Shown here: piece after piece, positions 19,479 to 31,737 of the stretch
Numbering within the stretch: the first letter of the stretch is position 1
Layout: each line of letters begins with the position of its first letter
NCBI GenBank assembly: GCA_002269645.1
Contig: NIVC01002606.1
Span: forward strand, 1-64,000
DNA: 64,000 nucleotides
Origin: Macrostomum lignano
Lineage: Eukaryota
Direction: 5' to 3'
Notes under the pieces: generated by a model
Told to the model about the DNA's origin: nothing
The model's input: only the letters and a program-made list of their open reading frames with translations
Databases searched by the model: none
Position numbers and translations under genes: made by a program

Positions 19479-20260
19479 AAGCCACAAGGCAACTCACCCC
19501 AGCTCAAAGCCACAAGGAAACTCACCCCAGCTCAAAGCCACAAGGCAACTCACCCCAGCTCAAAGCCACAAGGCAACTCACCCCAGCTCAAAGCCACAAG
19601 GCAACTCACCCCAGCTCAAAGCCACAAGGCAACTCACCCCAGCTCAAAGCCACAAGGCAACTCACCCCAGCTCAAAGCCACAAGGCAACTCACCCCAGCT
19701 CAAAGCCACAAGGCAACTCACCCCAGCTCAAAGCCACAAGGAAACTCACCCCAGCTCAAAGCCACAAGGCAACTCACCCCAGCTCAAAGCCACAAGGAAA
19801 CTCACCCCAGCTCAAAGCCACAAGGCAACTCACCCCAGCTCAAAGCCACAAGGCAACTCACCCCAGCTCAAAGCCACAAGGCAACTCACCCCAGCTCAAA
19901 GCCACAAGGCAACTCACCCCAGCTCAAAGCCACAAGGAAACTCACCCCAGCTCAAAGCCACAAGGCAACTCACCCCAGCTCAAAGCCACAAGGCAACTCA
20001 CCCCAGCTCAAAGCCACAAGGCAACTCACCCCAGCTCAAAGCCACAAGGCAACTCACCCCAGCTCAAAGCCACAAGGAAACTCACCCCAGCTCAAAGCCA
20101 CAAGGCAACTCACCCCAGCTCAAAGCCACAAGGCAACTCACCCCAGCTCAAAGCCACAAGGCAACTCACCCCAGCTCAAAGCCACAAGGCAACTCACCCC
20201 AGCTCAAAGCCACAAGGCAACTCACCCCAGCTCAAAGCCACAAGGCAACTCACCCCCAGC
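19479..20260. repeat. 28-bp satellite, right part, ending in the RNase T2 exon/donor junction
   Basis: About 28 copies of the same unit as 1574-2906. Confidence 0.95.
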
Positions 20261-21420
20261 TCGGATTCGTTGAACGCAGTGGAGTTGCAGAACATGGGCG
20301 GCTTGGACGGAGAATCTTTGGACTCGGCCCTGAAAAAAGCGGTGTTCCGAAATTAACCACTCTACTTTAAGTAGGCCGCTTAGGCCGCTGATAAAATCAA
20401 ATCGCAGTCGAACTCACCAAAGTCCATGAATGTTGAACCTTTTCTGTAGCAGCTCCTTGTGCTTGCACTGCGGGTTAACACGAGGAACTACGAATGTGTG
20501 CGTGATTCCATTGAGTTCATCAGGTCATGACCTCATATAGAAAGTACGTCGTGTGAGCTTCCTAAATTTTGCAGGCAGGTGCACGCTATAGTTTACATTT
20601 TAAATTACAAAGAATAATTCTGTCACCCCGAGTTCACTGTCTCGAAAAGTTCACACCGGCCCTTAGTTCACCCTCTCCACAGGTTAACACCCCCTTAGTT
20701 CACCCTCTCCATAAGTTCACACCCCTTAATTCACCCTCTCCCTAAGTTCACACCCCTTAGTTCACCCTCTCCATAAGTTCACACCCCTTAGTTCACCCTC
20801 TCCATAAGTTCACACCCCCTTTAGTTCACCCTCTCCCTAAATTCACACCCCCTTAGTTCACCCTCTCCATAAGTTCACACCCCTTAGTTCACCCTCTCCA
20901 TAAGTTCACACCCCCTTTAGTTCACCCTCTCCATAAGTTCACACCCCTTAGTTCACCCTCTCTACAGCTTAACACCCCCTTAGTTCACCCTCTCCATAAG
21001 TTCACACCCCTTAGTTCACCCTCTCCATAAGTTCACACCCCCTTTAGTTCACCCTCTCCATAAGTTCACACCCCTTAGTTCACCCTCTCTACAGCTTAAC
21101 ACCCCCTTAGTTCACTCTCTCCCTAAGTTCACACCCCTTAGTTCACCCTCTCCCTAAATTCACACCCCTTAGTTCACCCTCTCCCTAAATTCACACCCCC
21201 TTAGTTCACTCTCTCCCTAAGTTCACACCCCCTTAGTTCACCCCCTCATCCTTGAATCCCCAGTCAACCAGAGACCGCAGCACAGACCGAGGTCACCGAG
21301 CAGAAGGAGAAGGGCCACTCTCTGGTGAGCAGGATGAAGTCAAACTCCGACTTGTCTCGGGCCGCCCCGAGGCAGCAGAGGCTGGCCAGGGTGATGAGGC
21401 CTACAAAGCTGCTGGAATTC
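20254..21420 (-). CDS. RNASET2: RNase T2 family ribonuclease, 5' exons (approx. 21270-21420, 20418-20443, 20254-20329)
   Basis: Signal-peptide-like FVGLITLASLCCLGAA then FDFILLTREWPFSFC; KRFNIHGLW (CAS I); AESKDSPSKPPMFCNSTAFNESELG. This last exon splices in phase to the 1297-1367 exon across the Polinton-containing intron. The start codon and first donor are not resolved. Confidence 0.85.
20665..21245. repeat. ~30-32-bp intronic minisatellite (CCCCTTAGTTCACCCTCTCCATAAGTTCACA)n
   Basis: About 18 tandem copies. Confidence 0.9.
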
Positions 21421-21522
21421 AAGCGGCGATATGGAATTTAAGTTCCAAGTTCGAGTCAGCTAAAAATTGAAAACTTGGCTTTGAAATCAAGGTAAATCAG
21501 AAATCTGCGTACCGGCCTTTCT

Positions 21523-23818
21523 CTCAGTCCACCTGTATCCGTCTGAGTCACCTGTCTCCCTCTCAGTCCACCTGTCTCCCTCTCAGTCCACCTGTATCCG
21601 TCTCAGTCCACCTGTCTCCCTCTCAGTCCACCTGTCTCCCTCTCAGTCCACCTGTATCCGTCTGAGTCACCTGTCTCCCTCTCAGTCCACCTGTATCCGT
21701 CTCAGTCCACCTGTCTCCCTCTCAGTCCACCTGTCTCCCTCTCAGTCCACCTGTATCCGTCTCAGTCCACCTGTCTCCCTCTCAGTCCACCTGTCTCCCT
21801 CTCAGTCCACCTGTATCCGTCTCAGTCCACCTGTCTCCCTCTCAGTCCACCTGTCTCCCTCTCAGTCCACCTGTATCCGTCTCAGTCCACCTGTCTCCCT
21901 CTCAGTCCACCTGTCTCCCTCTCAGTCCACCTGTCTCCCTCTCAGTCCACCTGTATCCGTCTCAGTCCACCTGTCTCCCTCTCAGTCCACCTGTCTCCCT
22001 CTCAGTCCACCTGTATCCCTCTCAGTCCACCTGTCTCCCTCTCAGTCCACCTGTATCCGTCTCAGTCCACCTGTCTCCCTCTCAGTCCACCTGTCTCCCT
22101 CTCAGTCCACCTGTATCCGTCTCAGTCCACCTGTCTCCCTCTCAGTCCACCTGTCTCCCTCTCAGTCCACCTGTATCCGTCTCAGTCCACCTGTCTCCCT
22201 CTCAGTCCACCTGTCTCCCTCTCAGTCCACCTGTATCCGTCTCAGTCCACCTGTCTCCCTCTCAGTCCACCTGTATCCGTCTCAGTCCACCTGTCTCCCT
22301 CTCAGTCCACCTGTATCCGTCTCAGTCCACCTGTCTCCCTCTCAGTCCACCTGTCTCCCTCTCAGTCCACCTGTATCCGTCTGAGTCACCTGTCTCCCTC
22401 TCAGTCCACCTGTATCCGTCTCAGTCCACCTGTCTCCCTCTCAGTCCACCTGTCTCCCTCTCAGTCCACCTGTATCCGTCTCAGTCCACCTGTCTCCCTC
22501 TCAGTCCACCTGTATCCGTCTCAGTCCACCTGTCTCCCTCTCAGTCCACCTGTCTCCCTCTCAGTCCACCTGTATCCGTCTCAGTCCACCTGTCTCCCTC
22601 TCAGTCCACCTGTCTCCCTCTCAGTCCACCTGTATCCGTCTCAGTCCACCTGTCTCCCTCTCAGTCCACCTGTCTCCCTCTCAGTCCACCTGTATCCGTC
22701 TCAGTCCACCTGTCTCCCTCTCAGTCCACCTGTCTCCCTCTCAGTCCACCTGTCTCCCTCTCAGTCCACCTGTATCCGTCTCAGTCCACCTGTATCCGTC
22801 TCAGTCCACCTGTCTCCCTCTCAGTCCACCTGTATCCGTCTCAGTCCACCTGTCTCCCTCTCAGTCCACCTGTCTCCCTCTCAGTCCACCTGTATCCGTC
22901 TCAGTCCACCTGTCTCCCTCTCAGTCCACCTGTCTCCCTCTCAGTCCACCTGTATCCGTCTCAGTCCACCTGTCTCCCTCTCAGTCCACCTGTCTCCCTC
23001 TCAGTCCACCTGTATCCGTCTCAGTCCACCTGTCTCCCTCTCAGTCCACCTGTCTCCCTCTCAGTCCACCTGTATCCGTCTCAGTCCACCTGTCTCCCTC
23101 TCAGTCCACCTGTATCCGTCTCAGTCCACCTGTCTCCCTCTCAGTCCACCTGTATCCGTCTCAGTCCACCTGTCTCCCTCTCAGTCCACCTGTATCCGTC
23201 TCAGTCCACCTGTCTCCCTCTCAGTCCACCTGTCTCCCTCTCAGTCCACCTGTATCCGTCTCAGTCCACCTGTATCCGTCTCAGTCCACCTGTCTCCTTC
23301 TCAGTCCACCTGTATCCGTCTCAGTCCACCTGTCTCCCTCTCAGTCCACCTGTCTCCCTCTCAGTCCACCTGTATCCGTCTCAGTCCACCTGTATCCGTC
23401 TCAGTCCACCTGTATCCGTCTCAGTCCACCTGTCTCCCTCTCAGTCCACCTGTCTCCCTCTCAGTCCACCTGTCTCCCTCTCAGTCCACCTGTCTCCCTC
23501 TCAGTCCACCTGTCTCCCTCTCAGTCCACCTGTCTCCCTCTCAGTCCACCTGTCTCCCTCTCAGTCCACCTGTCTCCCTCTCAGTCCACCTGTATCCGTC
23601 TCAGTCCACCTGTATCCGTCTCAGTCCACCTGTCTCCCTCTCAGTCCACCTGTCTCCCTCTCAGTCCACCTGTCTCCCTCTCAGTCCACCTGTCTCCCTC
23701 TCAGTCCACCTGTGTCCGTCTCAGTCCACCTGTATCCGTCTCAGTCCACCTGTCTCCCTCTCAGTCCACCTGTCTCCCTCTCAGTCCATCTGTCTCCCTC
23801 TCAGTCCACCTGTCTCCC
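21523..23818. repeat. 20-bp satellite with two variants (CTCAGTCCACCTGTCTCCCT / CTCAGTCCACCTGTATCCGT)
   Basis: About 115 tandem copies with interspersed variants. Confidence 0.95.
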
Positions 23819-24227
23819 ATCTTTCTACCAAAGTTGACTCCGAATAGGATTCCTTTGGCAAGTGGGACTTCATCCCAAAAGCTAAGCTATAAATACACTG
23901 ACGTAATGCTAATCGATAATGGCGCTGTATTTTTGGCTCACTGGAGTAGCGATCTTAGAAAAACTTACAGAAGATGCATTTGGACCGAGCGACAGCACTG
24001 ACAGGTGGCAGAAAGTTTCTAGCATAGCAATAAGCTGGGCTGGCCCCGCGCCAATACATATAGATGTAGCTTGTGCCAAGCTGCCTGCATCCGCATGTGG
24101 CCTGTGGCCCTGTGGCTGCTTAGATAAAGTCAGGGGTGGCAGCAATGTTTACATTTGAACGATTTGTTACCAAAAATTATCTGTGCGATACCCAGTCAGG
24201 CTTGAACACTCATGGCACCTGTGCCAC

Positions 24228-25295
24228 TCAGTTTGTGTCCCCTGTGCCCTGTGCCCACCCAGCTTGTGTCCCCTGTGCCCTGTCCATTCAGCTTGTGTCC
24301 CCTGTGCCCTGTGCCCACCCAGCTTGTGTCCCCTGTGCCCTGTCCATTCAGCTTGTGTCCCCTGTGCCCTGTCCATTCAGCTTGTGTCCCCTGTGCCCTG
24401 TCCATTCAGCTTGTGTCCCCTGTGCCTGTCCATTCAGCTTGTGTCCCCTGTGCCCTGTGCCCACTCAGTTTGTGTCCCCTGTGCCCTGTGCCCACCCAGC
24501 TTGTGTCCCCTGTGCCCTGTCCATTCAGCTTGTGTCCCCTGTGCCTGTCCATTCAGCTTGTGTCCCCTCTGTGCCCTGTCCATTCAGCTTGTGTCCCCTG
24601 TGCCCTGTCCATTCAGCTTGTGTCCCCTCTGTGCCTGTCCATTCAGCTTGTGTCCCCTGTGCCTGTCCATTCAGCTTGTGTCCCCTCTGTGCCTGTCCAT
24701 TCAGCTTGTGTCCTCTGTGCCTGTCCATTCAGCTTGTGTCCCCTGTGCCTGTCCATTCAGCTTGTGTCCCCTCTGTGCCTGTCCATTCAGCTTGTGTCCC
24801 CTCTGTGCCTGTCCATTCAGCTTGTGTCCCCTGTGCCTGTCCATTCAGCTTGTGTCCTCTGTGCCCTGTCCATTCAGCTTGTGTCCTCTGTGCCCTGTCC
24901 ATTCAGCTTGTGTCCTCTGTGCCCTGTCCATTCAGCTTGTGTCCTCTGTGCCCTGTCCATTCAGCTTGTGTCCTCTGTGCCCTGTCCATTCAGCTTGTGT
25001 CCCCTCTGTGCCTGTCCATTCAGCTTGTGTCCCCTGTGCCCTGTCCATTCAGCTTGTGTCCCCTCTGTGCCTGTCCATTCAGCTTGTGTCCCCTGTGCCC
25101 TGTCCATTCAGCTTGTGTCCCCTGTGCCTGTCCATTCAGCTTGTGTCCCCTCTGTGCCTGTCCATTCAGCTTGTGTCCCCTCTGTGCCTGTCCATTCAGC
25201 TTGTGTCCCCTGTGCCTGTCCATTCAGCTTGTGTCCCCTGTGCCTGTCCATTCAGCTTGTGTCCCCTGTGCCTGTCCATTCAGCTTGTGTCCCCT
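24228..25295. repeat. ~27-29-bp minisatellite (TCCATTCAGCTTGTGTCCCCTGTGCCCTG)n
   Basis: Tandem copies; this explains the Cys/Pro-rich ORFs in the track. Confidence 0.93.
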
Positions 25296-26958
25296 TCTCC
25301 TCCATCCATCATCTGCCTGCCTCTCAGACTACCACTACAGAGTGAATATTCAAGCTACACTACTGATTTTCTCTCAGCAGTAGTATGCCAAAAACATTGA
25401 ACCACACAATGAAGAGAAGGATTGACAACTCCGCGAAGCCGCCCGCCGAGGGCTCTCAGATGCCCATTGTTCCCGGCGACGCGACTAAACAAAGGAGCGC
25501 CGGGGCAGGCGGGCCGTGGGGCCGAGGAAGCTGGCCGGGCCGCAAGAGACGCGACCTGCAACTGCCGGCTGTAAAAAATTGATGAGGCAAGTCTGCTGAG
25601 CCGCCTCATCAATCATGCAACAGGAGGCTGCGCCGTTTCTCCTCGATTCTCCCCGCACCCCTTTCTCTATCCTCCCCTCCCCAACTGCCCATTATTTCGC
25701 TTCCTGGCAGCCGCACACGGCAGCTTCTCAGTTCCAGCATCACAAAAGGGATGAAGATGAGGAGCTGAGGACGGAGGGGAAGTGGGGAGTGCGGTGCGGC
25801 CGCCTGCTGGGAAGGAAAGCGCCCTTGCAGCCTCCGTGCCTCATCTACTACCTAGCGTTCCTATTCACTCGTCATCTCCCACGGCCCCATGTTGTGCTGC
25901 TCCCCCATTTTTTGCGCGGAGCTGGGCGGCTGCAGCCCTCACAGCCGGCAGACAATTGAGATGCTGGCAGTGAGAGGCGATGAAGCTGCAGCAGCCTCCA
26001 ATTCACTGGCAATGCTGCTGCAGAAAAGTTTAGCTGAGTGGGCGGCCCAGCCTTGCGGGCTCTGGGACAGCTGGGGTGGGGCGGCCGCCAGCTGCTGCCG
26101 CCTGCCTTCCGCCCGCGGGCCATTGTGGCCCGGCAGCCCCGGGGCCGGCAGGGAGAAGAAAAGGCGAGCCAGGCGAGGACAAAAAATTGCAAGAAAAAAT
26201 TGAGAATGAAGGAGGGCGGGGAGGGGAGAGGGGGGCAGCGGCGACATTCCATGGGGCGCGCAGATTGCAGGAGAAACCGCGGCTGCCAGGGCTGGGATTT
26301 GCGCCAAGGTGTGGTGGGCAAGGCGGACACGCCGCCGTAAAAAAGGTAAGGGAGAGAAGAGAGGAGATTTCCGCTGGAGGGGCTGCTCAGCTGATTAGGA
26401 AGCAGAAATGCGGGATCCAGCGAATCGATTGCCGGAGGCCTGCCGCGGGTTGCTAAGGAAGTCAAGTACCCGGGGAGGGTCGTGGCCGCATGTTTTTTGC
26501 CTAAGCAGCGCCCACTGCAGCCGGGGGGAGTGCTCACTTCCCCTGCCCCCCGACTGGCACTCCAGCGCAGGCGCTGACACCTTGGCTTGGCTTGAAATCA
26601 GGGAGCCGAAGCGCGAGGCAAGGAGCCGAGTGGCCTGCCCTGGTCTCGCACGTGTTGGCCCCTTGCTGGGATTTCAACTGCAGGCTGACTTGGGAGACAG
26701 CCGAGCCTCTGGGAAAGTGACAGACAGACAGGCACTTCGCAGCTGAGATCTCCTCCAAGCCTGCAGAGGCGGAGGGAGAACCACCTGCTTGCAGTTCTCC
26801 CGTCTGCCTCTTCCCAACTTCGAACTGGCCGGGTTGAAATCACAGCTGCCAGCTTGACTTTCTCCAACACCTGAGCTTCATTCTCGAACTCAGACTGAGT
26901 GACCTGGGCTGAGCACCCCACATTCTCAAGCCAGGCACGCGGTTAACGCGTTTGCATC

Positions 26959-27645
26959 AATAACAGAATCCGCTCCTTGAATAACAGAATCCGCTCCTTG
27001 AATAACAGAATCCGCTCCTTGAATAACAGAATCCGCTCCTTGAATAACAGAATCCGCTCCTTGAATAACAGAATCCGCTCCTTGAAGAACAGAATCCGCT
27101 CCTTGAATAACAGAATCCGCTCCTTGAATAACAGAATCCGCTCTTTGAATAACAGAATCCGCTCCTTGAATAACAGAATCCGCTTCTTTGATAACAGAAT
27201 CCGCTCCTTTGATAACAGAATCCGCTCCTTTGATAACAGAATCCGCTCTTTGAATAACAGAATCCGCTCCTTTGATAACAGAATCCGCTCCTTGAATAAC
27301 AGAATCCGCTCCTTGAATAACAGAATCCGCTCCTTTGATAACAGAATCCATTTCTTCGATAACAGAATCCGCTCCTTTGATGACAGAATCCGCTCCTTGC
27401 ATAACAGAATCCGCTCCTTGAATAACAGAATCCGCTCCTTGAATAACAGAATCCGCTCCTTGAATAACAGAATCCGCTCCTTGAATAACAGAATCCGCTC
27501 CTTTGATAACAGAATCCGCTCCTTGGATAACAGAATCCGCTCCTTGAATAACAGAATCCGCTCCTTGAATAACAGAATCCGCTCCTTTGATAACAGAATC
27601 CGCTCCTTGGATAACAGAATCCGCCCCATAAAAACAGAATCCGCC
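26959..27645. repeat. 21-bp minisatellite (AATAACAGAATCCGCTCCTTG)n
   Basis: About 32 copies. Confidence 0.93.
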
Positions 27646-28749
27646 CCATTAAAAAACGGAATATTCCCCTTACGGAAGCCAACCCAGACCGTGCAGCTTC
27701 GCTCCCGGGACCGACGACAAGGGAATCTGCTAAATCTGCTACTGAGATGAAAAGAAGTTGCAGCTGTGGGCAGAGCCATGCTGCAAGCGGTTCAGACAAA
27801 GCCGAATTTTTTGTGACAGAAGCTCAGACACCCGGCCGGCAACACAACCAGATAGCCAGCAAGGGACGCACAAGGAGCTAGTGCTCGGGAGTTATTTAAC
27901 AGACATTTATCCGTAGCTCCTGAAGCAGCATTCCCCACGAAAAAACTGCATAAAAGCTGCCGCATCAACAGCAGGTGAAATGTGCTTCTCAAATTTGCTT
28001 ATAGCAAAGAATCAGCTGCTTTAATCTGCTCAGGCGAGACAGCGCAAATTCCTGCAGTGAAAAATTTCAAACCTTCTCACGACACGGCAAACACTGGGAA
28101 GGCAGGACTGAGGAGCGGTGTGAGAGCTGCCTGCTGCTCCTGTGGCTCACAGCTTAGCCTGAGAAAATGAAAATTCTGTCGTCACGGCGACGGCCGACGC
28201 CGCTGCACCGCAGGGCGTCTCGCTGCCGCACCCGCCCCAACTCCGCCTGCGGCAGCTGTGAGCAGCTGTGAGTCAATAATAAGGGCGAGCCTGCCCTGTG
28301 CGGCTTGGCAGCTCGCAGCATGGGTGGCATCGCTCACTCTGAGCGCTCATCGCCCCATTTGGGGTGTTGGAGAGGCCCAGAGCTGCCCCACTCAGGCCTG
28401 TCCTGGGCTGACCCGCTACAGCTGGACCCCTGCCGCCTCCTTCGCCGCGTCGCCCTCCTGTAGCCACTCATTGTCCCGCGGCGGGGGTGGCGGCCCCTGC
28501 GGAGAAGAGCGAGGCGGGGCCCACATCACTACCCACTCCATGTGTTGAGTTGCCCTTGGCCGGACAATTGTCAGAGAGTTGCTAAACTCGTACCTGGCAA
28601 ATCTATTGTGAGCCTAAGAGGCTGCCCTGGAGACACCCAGCCCCTCCTCAGGAGACTGCAGTCTGCTGCAAGATCAATCACAATAGAAATTTAAGGGGTC
28701 CTAGAATGTAGAAGGAATATTCTTCACCCAGGAAGAGGATAGGGAGAAA

Positions 28750-29366
28750 AGATAGCTGCCAGGTGATATTAATTACCAGGTGAGATAGCTGCCAGGTGAG
28801 ATAGCTGCCAGGTGAGATTAATTACCAGGTGAGATAGCTGCCAGGTGAGATTAATTGCCAGGTGAGATAGCTGCCAGGTGAGATTAATTACCAGATATAA
28901 GATAGCTGCCAGATGAGATTAATTACCAGATATAAGATAGCTGCCAGGTGAGATTAATTACCAGATATAAGATAGCTGCCAGGTGAGATTAATTACCAGA
29001 TATAAGATAGCTGCCAGGTGAGATTAATTACCAGGTGAGATAGCTGCCAGGTGAGATTAATTACCTGGTGAGATAGCTGCCAGGTGAGATTAATTACCAG
29101 GTGAGATAGCTGCCAGGTGAGATTAATTACCAGGTGAGATTAATTGCCAGGTGAGATTAATTTCCAGGTAAGATTAATTACCAAATATAAGATAGCTGCC
29201 AAGTGAGATTAATTACCAGGTGAGATTAATTACCAAATATAAGATAGCTGCCAGGTGAGATTGCTGCCGGGTGAGATTAATTACCTGGTGAGATAGCTGC
29301 CAGGTGAGATTAATTACCAGGTGAGATTAATTGCCAGGTGAGATAGCTGCCAGGTGAGATAGCTGC
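28750..29366. repeat. 16-17-bp alternating minisatellite (GAGATAGCTGCCAGGT / GAGATTAATTACCAGGT)
   Basis: Tandem copies read directly. Confidence 0.9.
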
Positions 29367-31737
29367 CAGCCAGCGCATAAAGTGGCTTTCACTGACGATG
29401 AAATTCTTTTTGAAGCTGTCTGACGATGCAGCCTGACCTTAATCTGGTGCCTAGAGACTGCTGGATGGCAAGGCAACTCATGCAATTGAAGACAGTTTTC
29501 CCCGATAATCATGAATACAACAATGCGCTCAATGTGGACACTAATCGATAATCGATCGGGAAATCACTCATTAGCACTGAGCGCGGGCCCAATTAGTTCA
29601 GTTAGTCCGGCAGGTGCTTGTTAGGTACGGGTGAAGCTGCGGGCAGGCAGACAGATGAAGCTCCACCCCCATGAGCCGGAATGAAAGGTGACATAAACTG
29701 TAGTTTTTTGAGTAGTCCGCTTGCTTGTCAGGCTAATTGCCATGGCAACACTGGCCCGGCAGCGGAGGCGGGGCAGAGCAAGTGAGGACCGGCCGGGCCA
29801 GCTGCTCATCCGCGACTGTGAGCACCCGGCAACCAAAAGGGCAGAGCGAGCTGCCATAGGAACTCGGGCAGCCCGCATTCCAGAGGATTTTTATTTTCTA
29901 TCAATAGAACTGATGCCGGGGCCCGGAGACTGCGAGCCCCGAGTTGCTGGGCCACATATCGCACTGCAGTTTCCAGGTTGCCAGCCAGCGGGCACTCAGA
30001 GACGGCGGTACACAGCGAGAGGGGACTTGGTTGGCAACAGGAAAGCTGGAGTCCAGGGAATCCTGGCTAATAATAAAAACCAGTTGCGCAACTGGTGGGC
30101 ATGGCATGGCCATTGTTCAGAGCGGAGTTGACCGAATTGACCGGCTGGGGCGCGCGGTCACTCAATTAATTCTGCCTTTTAAGCAGCCCGAGTCCCCCCG
30201 CGGCCTGGGGTGCAGGTTGGTTGACTCAAAATTTCCAATTTCCAGCTGGAGCACGCGGTGCGACAGGGCAGGAGTCTGCGGGTCTGCCTCATCAACTCGT
30301 CTCAACAAGCAGCAGAACAAGGCGCCCAACCCACCCCATTATCGGGTCTCTCTCACCGCGTCTAGCAACAATCGCGGAACCAGAAACTCGAGCCGGAGCT
30401 AGACACGACAAAGAAAAAATATTGCGGACAGCGTCTGAGTCACGCAAATCAGACGGTTGAGAAAATGAGCTGGAGTCGTTTCTTAGAAAATTTATTGGGC
30501 TGGATTTGAGGAAACTGTTAATATTAATATTATCCGGCCGTCAAACGAATGAAATATGCCATTCTTAAAAACTAGAAACAACGATGTTAAAAAACTACTC
30601 ATTTAGTTTAACTAAAGTTTAATTAATGGCCTGTTTGTCTAATACAGATGAAAAGATCAGAACTATTTTGCTATTGACTATTAACTAAGTCTTTTGCTGC
30701 CTACCTTTTATTTTCTCTTACTACACGAAAACAAGTTCAAGCAGAATCAGCTCAAATGCACGAAAAAACACGGAAAGACAAAATAGGCAAAAATATCATA
30801 CTGATGCTCTGTTTAATTCACTTTATTGCATTTTTCACTATTTCACACTGTCTCAAAAAGCAAAATTTTGAACATGTGGGGAGAGGGGCAACCGGCGATC
30901 GCTCCTCCGCTAGACATCATTACCTGACAGTATTAGACAGAATTGGCTTACAGAGCTCCAATAATGCCAGGTAAGACGCCGCAGATCGGAGGGTGAGCAT
31001 GAGCACAGCATGGAGCACACTGCTTGGGTGGGGCCACACAAGCGGAGCGGAAAGATGGCAAGGATTGTGGCCAGCACTAACAGGACAATATGTATGCATG
31101 CATTCATACAAGTCTGACTTACCGACCCGCCCAGAGTCGGGGCGCTGGCTTGCTGAACTGCAAGTTGAGAAGACGGGAGGAAGGCAGGAGAGCAGTTGGG
31201 CAGAGAGGCGTTGGTTTTAATGTGAAAAGGAGGCGGAGTGGGGTGGGCAGAAGGCCCGGGGTGCTGGCTGGCTGGGCAGGGGTTTGGATGGGGGAGGGAG
31301 GCCGCCACCCCCCGCCGCGCCAGACCCAGGCTGGGGCACGCAGATTTTATTGAGCGCCGTGGCAGACTGGTATGGAGCGAAGGGAGGCCTCGTGCATTGC
31401 GTGTTTGTTGTGTGTGTGGACCGTGTGAGCCGGGCATGTCGCGTGAGTCAGACAGCGGGACTGAGGAGGGCAGGCAGGATAAAGGAAAGACAGGCCTTGG
31501 GGTGACGCAGGCGATAGAGGAAAAGGAGAACTATGCGTGTCTTTTGCCTCCCCAGCCGGTAAAATGCACTCCGAAAACCAGATGCCATATGCTCGCTTTG
31601 CAACCTGAATTAGCTTTATTTGTGGTTTTGTGTTTAACGGGATTGACGAACGACGAATCATAGAATTAAAATAATAGCCAAAGTTAGTGATATGCAAGGA
31701 ACATTTCTCACTAGAGAATACAAAATCTAGAGTTTTG

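Noticed and set aside
21523-23818. Regular repeat arrays as possible CRISPR
   Set aside because: No unique spacers, no cas genes, eukaryotic context; plain tandem repeats.
23960-24115. Possible minus-strand exon (ATGPQATCGC...SKCIF/GTAAGT)
   Set aside because: No recognisable domain or partner exons; cannot be supported.
24136-27799. Long Cys/Pro-rich and NNRIRSL-type ORFs
   Set aside because: Derived from minisatellites that are open in several frames.
25385-31700. Many short GC-rich ORFs on both strands
   Set aside because: No motifs and overlapping in all frames, as expected for GC-rich non-coding or regulatory DNA.
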